DNA of 64,000 nt from Camelus ferus (lineage: Eukaryota): the NCBI RefSeq assembly GCF_009834535.1, contig NC_045697.1:39186001-39250000 (forward strand), written 5' to 3'. Position 1 is the stretch's first letter, and every line of letters starts with the position of its first letter. A model generated the notes under the pieces. That model did no database searches and was not told the origin of the DNA. It worked only from the letters and a program-made list of their open reading frames with translations. Both the position numbers and the translations under genes were made by a program. Of this stretch, positions 49,034 to 59,625 are shown piece after piece.

Positions 49034-50050
49034 TATGGTAAGCAAAATAATGACAACCCCTCCCATAAAGATACATGTATCCTAATTCCCAGAACCTGAA
49101 AATATGTTATCTTACGAGAAAAAATATCTTTGCAGATGTGATTAAAGATAAGGGCCTTGAGATTAGATGGCGTGATCTAATCATGTGAGATCTTAAAAGC
49201 AGATGAGGGAGGCAGAAGAAAGGTCAAGAAATGAGATGGAAAGAGAATAAGGAAGGAATCTAAGCTGAAAAGGACTCCACCTGCCATTGTTAGCTTGGAA
49301 GATGGAGAGAGCAGGCTGTGAGCCAGAGAAAGTAGTGTTCTCTAGAAGCTGGAAATGACCCCCAGAAAGCAGCAAGAAAACAAGGACCTCAGCCCTACAA
49401 CTGTTAGGGAAACGACAGGCCAGTCAAGAAACAAGCACCATTCGGAGGGTTGGAGTACTCAGATGTATTACGCCGGCGGGCTCAGAGGGGCTTCTGCTCC
49501 GAAGCTCTGAGCACCTCCAAGACGTGCGCATGAGATTTTATAGGGTAAAGTACAAGCTTGGGGTATTCGGCCAATAGGCATGGAACAGCTTTAGCAGCAT
49601 TATCATCACAAAAGTGGAGGCGGGGAGGCAGCAAACCAACATTCCAAAGCCAGATATGTATCTTTGAAAATCCAGCTGGCTAGCAAAAAAACATAAACAG
49701 CAAACCAACACTAATTAACTTAGATTTACAAGTTAGTCCAGCAGAACTCAGATCAGTATTCCAATATTTTGACTTGTGAGTTATCTTGTTAGCCCAGCCC
49801 AGCTTTTCCTTCACATTCCTAGACCTAGTGAGTTATCTTGTTAGACCAGCCCAGCTTTTCCTTCACACAACCCCAAGGAGCTGAATTCTGCCAACACCCT
49901 GAGTAAGTCGGTGCCTGCTGGCACCTTGACTTTGGCCTGCTGACACTCACACCAGACTTCGGACCTGCAAACTGTAAGATAATAAATGCGTGTCGTTTTA
50001 AGTTACTACATTTGTGGTCATTTGTTAGAGCAGCAGTAGAAAATGAGCTT
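49034..50050 (+). mobile_element. MLT1E-like MaLR LTR interrupted by an ERV1 LTR
   Basis: ...gacctcagccctacaac|insert|caaccccaaggagctgaattctgccaaca... joins the MLT1 sequence across the insert. Confidence 0.85.
49402..49867 (-). mobile_element. Young ERV1-class solo LTR, probably camelid-specific
   Basis: TG...CA termini, perfect 4-bp TSD caac; minus-strand TATAAAA, GC box, CCAAT; AATACA in place of AATAAA; CpGs retained; 40-bp duplication at the U3 end. Confidence 0.88.
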
Positions 50051-50079
50051 GGATTGTGATCACTCTGTTTGCCTTGGAG

Positions 50080-50650
50080 AGTCGAGGGAATCAGGCCGTG
50101 ACACCGAAAGATCTATTATCAGAGTCTCCTGGGTTTTGAGGGGAGGAAAGCCTGGGCCTCACCTTCCCACGCCCAGAGAGGGAGGGTAGGAGGAGAGGCC
50201 TCTGAAACAGAACATACGAGAAGGCAGAGATCCTAGGCTCACGGAGCACGGGCCTCACTGTGTCATCCCGGCCGGGAAAGCGCTGGTGGGTGAGACAGGG
50301 ACTTCTCTCCATCACTGTTACACACAGCGGGGGTTTTCACACCCAGGGAAGGTAACGTTAGGGAGCAGGAGCAGCAAGAGGGCTGAGCAAGAGCAGCCGC
50401 CGCCGCAGCAGCACTTCCAGGCCCGGAATGAGCGTGGCTCGCAGCCGGGTGGTCGCAGCGGCCGCTGCGGGAGAATGTGATGCCCCCAGAACCCGTGAGG
50501 TGAGGGAGGGAAGACAGAGGGCCGGGGCTCCTGGGAGAGCTCCGGCAAGGGGATGGGGAAATCGAGGAAACACTACTGCAGTGACCACACAAGACCTCGG
50601 TGGCCCCGGGGCTCCAGTCTGGCAGTACACGGGCTACTGTGCACACGAGT
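50080..50650. promoter_or_regulatory. CpG-island-like promoter
   Basis: The only strongly GC/CpG-rich tract in the window (gcagccgccgccgcagc, gcggccgc); ETS-like cacttcc and ccggaa motifs. Confidence 0.8.
50360..50499 (+). other. Probable first exon of an unidentified + strand gene (5' end approximate)
   Basis: Donor GAG|GTGAGG at 50499/50500 within the CpG tract; ATG at 50428 gives 24 codons to the donor (phase 0); coding status unknown. Confidence 0.55.
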
Positions 50651-53178
50651 TGATTTTTCCAGAACCTGCTCAGGATATTCTAAATGAGCTCATGCCTGCT
50701 TTTTCAAGGATGTTGCTGCCTTTGGGATGACACCTTGGAGGCTCTCTCAAGGTCCCTTATTCAAGGTTCACAAGTCGATTAGTAATGTTTTCATGCTGCC
50801 GTGGCCAAACACCAAGGTCCCAAACTTACAACTCACTTGTGATCTGACAATGAATAGGAAGCCTAGGTCCTGGCAGGGCGTTCCTTCCACCTCTCTGTTT
50901 ACCTGACTTCTGGTGTCTTCCGAAGAGAATTAATCAAGGCATTACTTAGTCATGAATCTCTGAAGGTAGCACGCAAGAGAAAGAAACGAATCTTATAAAG
51001 GGGAAATCTTAAGCAACATATCCTTTTCTTCAGTCAAGGAAAGTAGCATTTATAACTAAAGCATCCCAGCCAGCTTTCTCTCTCAAGGAAATCATTCTTG
51101 TCTTGTCTGTATTTCTTATAATGTTCTGGGATTATACTCTTAATATGAAATGTTACGTTGTAGGAAAGATCATCCTATATTTGAAAAAAATCCTGAATAT
51201 TTGAATTATTCATTTAACTTTTTAAAAATACCCAAACACTGTTTAAAGACACTTCTAGTTATTTGGACTTTGATATTACATAAGTCAACCAAGAAAATAA
51301 CCATAGTGATAGCAGCAAGGATTCATTAGGGTCTGTGCTTAACTTGTGTTGAGAAATCATAAGGAAGAAATACTATATTTTTAAAAGTCTAGCGTGGAAG
51401 TTTCATCTATGTATTCTTTCACTCATTTGCCCATACGCAGCTACAGTGCCTTTATCCATTAATGACTCAGTTGACTGATCCTGGGTAATCTATAAAGTGG
51501 GAGCCATTGGCCTCTCAATATACACAACTTGGAAGAAAGTATTCTAGTATATTTCTATTCTAGTAATATTCTGGCCTATTTCTTATGGTCATCTGAGCTT
51601 GGGAAATTTTAAAGAAGACAACTGGAAAGAGTTTTTTTTTCCTGTAATGCTATATTTAGTTTTATTTGTTTATCTTCCTTGCTGCTTAATTGAAATGTGA
51701 ACATAAAATAATCTGATTTCTGGTTTACCAATCTACATCTACTAAACAAAAAAAAACCAATGGTGTGTCCTTTCTAACCTCCAGGATTCTCTGAGCTGGG
51801 AAGGGCAGTTAATTGCACTCAGACAAGTTACCCAATGATAAAGAGTGAGGCACTCCCTTTCTTTGATCATTAAGATTAATCTTTGTAATTCTCAGAAATA
51901 GCAATATGTAAGGTTAATGATATACAGTAACACAATGTGGATTTTCCTACTGTTTGTTTTTCTTAATACATAAGGGCACGAGTTTAATATTAAGCCATTA
52001 TTGCTCATTAAACTCATGCACTCTACACACTCAAAAAGCGATTTTGTGAAATCCTGCTTTTCTATGAATTATTTTGATTCCTGAGTTTATGAGAAGTCCT
52101 TCTATGTTTCAGAAGACTGGACTTTTAAATTATTTTTAGCAATTGTTTTCGTCTCCTTACTAGTCAGTCTTTTTACATATATATATGTGTGTGTGTATAT
52201 ATATATAAAACAAAAATCAGTAATTTAGATTCCATGACTCCTCCAATTTCAGCTTTGCTTTAGTGATGGTGGACAGTGGCTAAGATGAACCTAAGAGGTG
52301 GGAAGAACCTTGATGTCGCCTGCTCCGTGCTGTCTTTCCCACCCCACAGCTCTGCTCTCTGTGCAAGGAACATGCCTGGTTTGCTCATCACTGAACCCCA
52401 TTACAGATGAGGAAGCTGAGGCCCAGAGAGTAGTGACCATTCTCACTCACTAGCCATTAAGACAGCAGGGCTTCTAACTTCCTGTTCAATTTTTATTTCC
52501 TGCATTCAGGGTCCCTGGAGGATGCGAAAGCTCAGAACAGTAATCAAAATAATGATGTTGATGTGATATTAAGGCCAAAGGAATGTAGTCATCTCATCCA
52601 ACTCCCATATTTTCTAGATAAAAATATGAGACCCAGAGAGACTGTCATTTGTCTGAGGTCATATGCATTGTCAGAACCCTGGCCCCCACTACCACCTTAT
52701 GTCAACACGCTCTCTGTAGTGGGACCTGGAAAAGTAAAGCCAGTTCCTGGGACCTCAATGGCTCTTTTAACTCTTTGTCTCTCATAGATGAGTCCTGTGT
52801 AAGTGACTTGCTCTAAATGGAGTTAGTAAACCTACTTCAAAGGCTGAAATAATGATGATCCTCAAGACATTCCTAAATTCCTTAGGTTAATGATGCCATG
52901 CAACTGGCCTTTGAAAGGAAGCACATTAACCTGCCTTGCACTTCTCCTTCTTGCTGTGCATCAAGAACAGAGCCATCTTCCATCCTAATTGGGGGCTGAA
53001 CATCATAATTACATTCTGGGTCCTCCAACAGTCAATAGAGATTATCAGGTGCCATTAGATCATAGATCCAATATGTCGCTTTTTAGCTAAAAAAGAGAGA
53101 ACAGGTCTTGGGGAGGGGTAGTGCTTAATAGAATGAAAGGAGACTATTGCTTTTAGTTGCACATTTTACTTAACATAT

Positions 53179-54030
53179 TGCAATGTATTGAATGTTTGTT
53201 TCCCCTCTAAGAGGCAGATGCTGAAACCCTAACCCCAAGGGGATGGTACTGAGTGGTGCCTTTGGAAAATAATTGGGTCATCCTCACAAACAAGATTAGT
53301 GCCCTAATGCAAGGGGCCCTAGAGAGCTCTCATGCCTTCTTTCCACCATGTGGGGACACAGCAAGAAGACAACTGTCTGTGAACCAGGAAGCAGGCTCTC
53401 ACTAGACATCAAATATGCTGGCACGTTAATCTTGGACTTCCCAGCCTCCAGAACTATGGGAAATAAATGTTTGTTGTCCATGCCAGCTAGTCTGTGGTAC
53501 AGATCTTTCTCCACTTATGATGGGATTATGTCCTGATAAACCTGTTGTAAGTTGAAAATATCATTAAGTCAAAGCTGCATCTAATACACCTAGTCTACAG
53601 AACATCATAGCTTAGCCTAGCCTACCTCAAATGTGCTCAGAACAGTTACATTAGCCTATTGTTGGGCAGAATCATCTAACACAAAGCATATTTTATAATA
53701 AAGTGTTGAATTTCTCATATAATTTATTGAACACTACTGAAAGTGAAAAACAGAATGGTTGTGCGGGTCCAGAATGATTGTAAGTGTATTGGCCGTTTAC
53801 CCTTATGATGGTGTGGCTGACTGGGAGCTGGGTCTCATGGCCACTGCCCAGTATTGCAGAATATCGTACTGCATAATGCTAGCCCGGGAAAAAGGTCAAA
53901 ATTCAACATTTGGAGAACAATTTCTACTGAATGCATACTGCTTTCCCACTATCTTAAGGTCAAAAAATTACAAGGTGAACCATTGTAAAATCAGGGACGG
54001 TGTATTTTCGTTATGACAGCAAAAACTGCC
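53179..54030 (+). mobile_element. MLT1A0-like LTR interrupted by Tigger5
   Basis: ttgaatgtttgtttcccc...cttggacttcccagcctccagaact...tctgtggta|insert|tattttcgttat. Confidence 0.85.
53500..54002. mobile_element. Tigger5/MER47-like DNA transposon
   Basis: TA TSDs at 53498-99 and 54003-04; gaacatcatagcttagcctagcctacct...gaaccattgtaaaatcagggac. Confidence 0.9.
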
Positions 54031-55887
54031 ATATTGATATGGCAGTTAAGATATTGATCGTCTACGTTTTCAAAGGGAAGAACTGAAATCACATTGCTAG
54101 ACTCTCGGACTTGGCAGGTCATTTGGGACCTTGGTGAGGAAAGCATTGAGTGGGTTTATTAGGGATGACTTTCTAATTGGGTGAAGGCAAATCTTGTCAC
54201 AGGCAAGTCCTTTAGACTCGCTCTCATATTTATTTGCTATTCCAGGAGAAGTGTGTGTGTTTGCCACCATGGCTTTGAAAATGTTAACTCTTTCTTAATT
54301 CATTTACCAGCCCTGCTGTCTCTGGAATGAAGAATAATAACAAAAACTGCCAGTAAATGGGTTCCACTTATGTGTTAGGTACTGGGCTACCCACTTAAAT
54401 AAATACATTGTCCCCATTCTCGTGATCAACATACAAGATAGATCTTACGAAGCTCCCTTTGCAGCGATAAGTCTGAGAAGCCCAGAATCTTCCCAACAGG
54501 TAAGTTAAGGACAGAGATTTTCCCCCTTATGTCTCAGCTGATTCAGGTGTTTTTTACAAATCCTTCTTCTTGTCTAACTTCATTCTAGTCTACCATCTTC
54601 ATCCTCTAGCTGTATTACACCTAAACTGAAGGTTTGGAATGATGCCCAAACTCCAGGAGACTGCCCCTGCTCTGGCGTGCTCGCTTTCCATGGTTAAGGT
54701 CTCAGGAACAAAGAGGAACTGGGGAAGCCCCAGATGAGACCATTGCTTTCAGTTGTGCTTTTAACTTAAATTTTGGTCTCCATTTTCAATAGGAAATAAG
54801 GAAATACAGCGAAATCCACATTACTAGACTCTCCAACTCAGCAGGGCATGTGAGGACCCTGGTGAGAGAAGCATTTGAGTGGGTTGAAGGAGATGTTTGA
54901 GCAAAGGAAAATTTGGAGATTGAAGCTTGACACTTCTTAATCAGAATAATATTCAAATCCAAAAAAGTGGAGCAAAAATAAGTACTAACTATGGGACAGA
55001 GTGGGAGAAGGAAACAATAAGATTAAAAAGGTTTTCGAAATACTAAGTAAGATAGAAGGAATGTAGGAGGTGATGCGGGTGATAGTGTGGTTGGCAGGGG
55101 TGGAGTTTTGGCATAATTTAAAGTGTATACCTAATAAGATTTAAACGTGAGCTGGCAGAGGAGTCGTTTCTAGATCAGAACAAGGTATATACAGAGACTC
55201 AAAGGATCAGAGATTTATTACTGTCTCTTAACTTTAGTAAAATATTACATAATTGTGTTGACTCCCCCAGCAATAAAAATTGACCTACCCTTAAAATAAA
55301 AGTTAAATCTTGTCCAGAGTTATTTGACAAGCTTGTAACATTGAGATATTGCCTAAGAAGGCTTAGGCTTCATGTTTTCAGTGAGACTAATGACTGAGTT
55401 GGTTTATATATTCAATTTGTGCAAAAATAGTATTCCTGAATCCAGCGCCTTTCTCCTACTCTAGCGATGAAGTAATCTCTCATCTTTACCTACCCCAGTA
55501 GGAGTGGCACATTTATTATCAAAGGCAATAGGTGAACCTCTTCTAAAGAACTTTATACTCTATGTAAAAACCAACAAGAAAGCCTAGAAATGGTCACAAA
55601 CAGTGAGATATTTGCTCACATATTTGGAGAAGATCACACTTCACACAAGCAACAGTTACTGAGTTCAGTCAAGGATGCAAGATAGATTTGATGCAATTCC
55701 TACCCTCCAGAGGTCATATTATTCCTGACTTATGAAGAGCTCAACAATGAGGTGGCCCTTAGCATAAGTGGAGATTAAGGATGAGTTGCAGAAGAATCAA
55801 TGAGAAAAGTCCATATTTAAGAAAGCAATATGGACAGAAATCTTTTCTATCCCATGAGAGAACTTTGCTGGGCATCTTTGCCTAAGT

Positions 55888-56053
55888 CTGCAGTTGGCAA
55901 ACATTTTCTGTAAAGGGTAAGATGGCAAATCTTCAGGCTTTGTGGTCTACAGTCTTTTACAGCTACTTAACTCTGCCATGTTCCAGTTAAACTTCCAATT
56001 TACAAAAATAGGTGGCAGCCGGACTTGGCCTGAGGGCTATAGACTGACCCCTG
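55888..56053. mobile_element. MER58A-like hAT-Charlie MITE
   Basis: ttggcaaacattttctgtaaaggg...aaaaataggtggcagccggacttggcc...gacccctg. Confidence 0.8.
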
Positions 56054-56844
56054 ATATAATCACAGTTTTCATACTGATACCATTAATAGAGAAGGAAATA
56101 GAAAGGAAGATAGATTTCATGGAAAAAAATGAGTTGGGTATTAATAAACATTCGCTTTAATATGACAAATACTTCCTGAGCACTTACTATAATCTAGGTG
56201 GGGTATTATGTAGAAGGGATAAGGAAATGGACAAAATATGAGCTCTGCTCTCAAGAAACTCACAGTCAATCATACAATAAGATCATTTCACGGAGCCACA
56301 ACTTCAGGGAAGTCCCGTGTCCTGAAATAAGGAAGCCATGTACCTGGGCTCAGTAAAAGACCTCCATTTCAAATCACATTTGTCCACACAACATGCTCAT
56401 GGTTCAGTGAGCTGGGCTGAAAGGGGCAAGCTGGACAAGTTGCCAGTGAGTGTGGGCAAAGTGAAGATAGGAGTGCTCAACGAGTTTTGAATCATGTAGA
56501 TGGAATGGTGATTTAAAAATTCAGACAGATCAAGGCTAAATTGTTATTAGCAGCTGGAGCCATGCGTATTCCTTTAAGAGGAAAAGGTATTGCCTTATGA
56601 TAGGTCAGCATATCATCTACTTTAAACAGGACGAGCTCTGTGTACCAGGAGCCACCATTATAGAAAGAGAAAAGGAGGCACCACTGGTGCTGCCATCCCG
56701 TCTGAGCATTCACTCCGAAGTTTGCCTACATGTCAAGTTTGTCGTTTTGATGAAGGGAGTGAACCAATCCCACTCCTGGAGAAACTGGAAGAAAAAGGGA
56801 AATACCATTATGATTAGCTAGCACAATGGGTTTTAGTGTTTAAC

Positions 56845-57015
56845 AAGTTTATAGACCCTTAGAAAGTGTAATGAAAAATAGAGATAAGATTCCTCCCCCC
56901 AAAACGTGTGTTTATACAAACAAAATTTTGTATATAAATCCAGAGGATGAAACATTCACTGAATCTTATCTGTGGATCCCCTAGAAGCCTGTGTACCAGA
57001 AGTTGAGAAACACTG
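56845..57015. mobile_element. hAT-Charlie MITE (MER103-like)
   Basis: gacccttagaaagtgtaatgaaa...aaaattttgtatataaatccagagg...gttgagaaacactg. Confidence 0.45.
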
Positions 57016-57358
57016 CCTACAATAAGCCAAACGCCTTTCATAGTTATCTCAGATGGTCCTCAGACAACAGATGACAACAGTTGACAAAGTTCCTATTATC
57101 ACCATTTTAGAGAGATGAAGATAATAAGGATCACAGAGGCTGGGGAATTTGCTCAAGATCACAGGCTAGAAAGTGGTGGGGCCAAGTCTCTGAACACCCT
57201 GCTCACAAGTAAAACAGAACTCACATGTGCCTTGTTATGGCAGCCTACCTCAAATTGTGAGAAAGCAAATGAAATCGTTCTTTTATAAAAAACAGCTTCT
57301 ATGACACTCCAACTGAAGCTTGGAAATAAGTTCTTTGGTCTTACATATTAAAAGAGTA

Positions 57359-57837
57359 TGCCAGGGTGAAAAGTGTGCTCCCCACTCCCCCAAAGATACT
57401 CATGTCCTAATCCCCAGAACCTGTGAATATGGTACCTTATGTGGCAAAAGAGACGTTGTAGATGTGATTAAATTCATGATCTTGTGATGATGAGATTATC
57501 CTGGATTATGCTTGTAGGCCCAATAAAATTACAAGGGTTGTAAAAAGAAGGACATAGGCAGATCAGACAGAGAAGAAAGTGTGATGATAGAAGCAGAGGG
57601 TGGAGTGATTTGACCACAAGCCAGGGAATGCCGGCAACCTCTAGAAGCTGGAAGAGTCAAGGAACAGATTCTCTCTCACAGCCTCCAGAAAGAACCAGCC
57701 CTACCAACACCTTAATTTCAGCCCCAGAAGTCTCATTTCAGAACTCTGAAGTGCAGAACTGGAAGAAGATAAATTTGTATGATTTTAAGCCACTAAATTT
57801 GTGGTACTTTCTTACCATGGCAAATGGAAACCAACAC
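57359..57837 (+). mobile_element. MLT1D-like MaLR solo LTR
   Basis: catgtcctaatccccagaacctgtgaatatggtaccttatgtggcaaaag...gagattatcctggattat...ttttaagccactaaatttgtggta. Confidence 0.9.
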
Positions 57838-59134
57838 CAAAAGTAAAACCAAGCTAAGTTACAATCAAATTTATCTTTTTTTCCCCTGTGCTCCATGAAA
57901 GCAGGAAGTTTTATATCCTAACACTTAGAACAGTGCTAGAAACAGAGTATATGCTCAATAAAAACATAATGAAACTACGAATGTTCATAATGGTACCATG
58001 TGACTCCACAAAAATAGGAGAACTAAAAGTAAGCTTAGAGGAACATTTCTATGGTGAGAAAACAATGCTCAGAAATTCTGTTGGAAACTATAATATAAAA
58101 ACAACTATACCTTTGCCATGTTTATACCCAAAAGATGCATGTACGAGAGAATTATGATATAAATTATAAAGTGAGTTTTTAAATTATTCAGCCAAATTCT
58201 CCAATATGCAAGTGTTTTTTCCTCATGTAATCTTTCTCATGTAATTTATGAATGAGACGGTCCAAACTTCAGTTCTGCTTAGAAAATAACTATATATTTT
58301 TCTTTTTCTGCACTTCTGATCACACCTGCTATTCTTCTTGGAACTGGGCAGGGAAAGAATTGGGGAATCATGAATCAGTTGGGGTTGCTGTGGGGAGGAA
58401 GCTGAAGATGATGATTCCTACAAGCCTCGAAGTTCATGTCCTTACCTTTCAGCATCACTAAGATAAAGGTGGCTGTCCTTCTTCTCTTTAAAACAAAAGC
58501 CTTCATATTGATCACCTATGACCACTTTGATTTTTTAAAGTTCTTCTAATGGGGGGGGGGCGCAAAGAGGGGTGGTGAGATACAGAATAAAGAATGAAGA
58601 AAAGAAAATAAACTCAAATATTGAATCAATAGATGCCTCTTTTCAAACCCCCACCAACTAAAAGCTTTGTTAAGAGTCACTGGCTGCTGGCAATGCCTGG
58701 AATTACATCCATTAGGGTCAACACTATTAGACAGACATCATAAATGTGAAAGATTTCCAAGGACAAGAGAGAAGAGGATGGAAGAGAATAATTCCAAATC
58801 TTGTGGCTGAGCATAGCTAACTGTATTTTATGTTTGTACAAAGTACAAAGCAAATGTTCCTAGTCAATGAACGGTCTTCCATATGCTAAGTTTGAGACCC
58901 AGGACTGCTCAAGGCCTTGGGGTCCTCCATGAGACCAGAAATCAGAGAGAAGAGAAAATCATGCAGAATGTTTATGCAAGCCTGTAACTGGTATACAGCA
59001 TCTTTATCGCATCCCAGGGGTCAGAACTCTTTCACATGGCTACATGTGCCCAACGGCAAGGAATTCTGGGAAATTCAGTGTGGCTCTGTAAGTAGGAAAC
59101 AGAGAAAACAACTTTGATAAAAATAAGTGTTCTA

Positions 59135-59625
59135 TGTAAGCTGGCCTCTGGCCACTTCTGCCAACTCGTTTCCTAGCTTCCTTCCCTTTATTTTCTGTGC
59201 TCCAGCCTTTTTGGCCTCCTTATTAATCTTTAAATACACTAAGTCAAGGTCTTGTCTCAGAACCTTTGTACAGGCTGTTCCTAGTATCTGAAATGCTGTT
59301 CCCACTAGATATTCACACTGCTTTCCCTCTAACTTCATTCTGCTCACAACCACCTCTTCAGAGAGGATTTCCCTGACACCTACCCCCATCTAAAATAACA
59401 CCCTGTCACTCTCTAGTCCCTTACCCTGCTTTTTTTTTATGTAATTCATCACTATCTGACATTATAACATATATTTATTTGTTCATTTCATTTTTCTGTT
59501 TTTCTCATTAGAATGTGAGCTCCTGATAGTTAGAGACCTTTGTCTGTTTTGTTAATTGCTGTATTTGCAGCACCTAGAACATTGCCCAATGTATGATAAA
59601 ACTCAGTAAGCATTTTATTGAACAA
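59135..59625 (+). mobile_element. L2a-like LINE 3' end
   Basis: ctcagaacctttgtacaggctgttcctagtatctgaaatgc...tagaatgtgagctcc...cagcacctagaaca. Confidence 0.85.

Noticed and set aside
50263..50730. Overlapping ORFs in the CpG tract; assigning a gene symbol
   Set aside because: GC-rich DNA is stop-poor; none matches a protein I recognise, so no symbol is given
54076..54136. Eph-receptor-like peptide (EITLLDSRT..VIWDLG resembles EVNLLDSRTVMGDLG)
   Set aside because: Very short, needs a gap, splice phase differs from Eph exon 2, the frame is not kept in the sister unit, and exon 1 encodes no signal peptide; treated as chance
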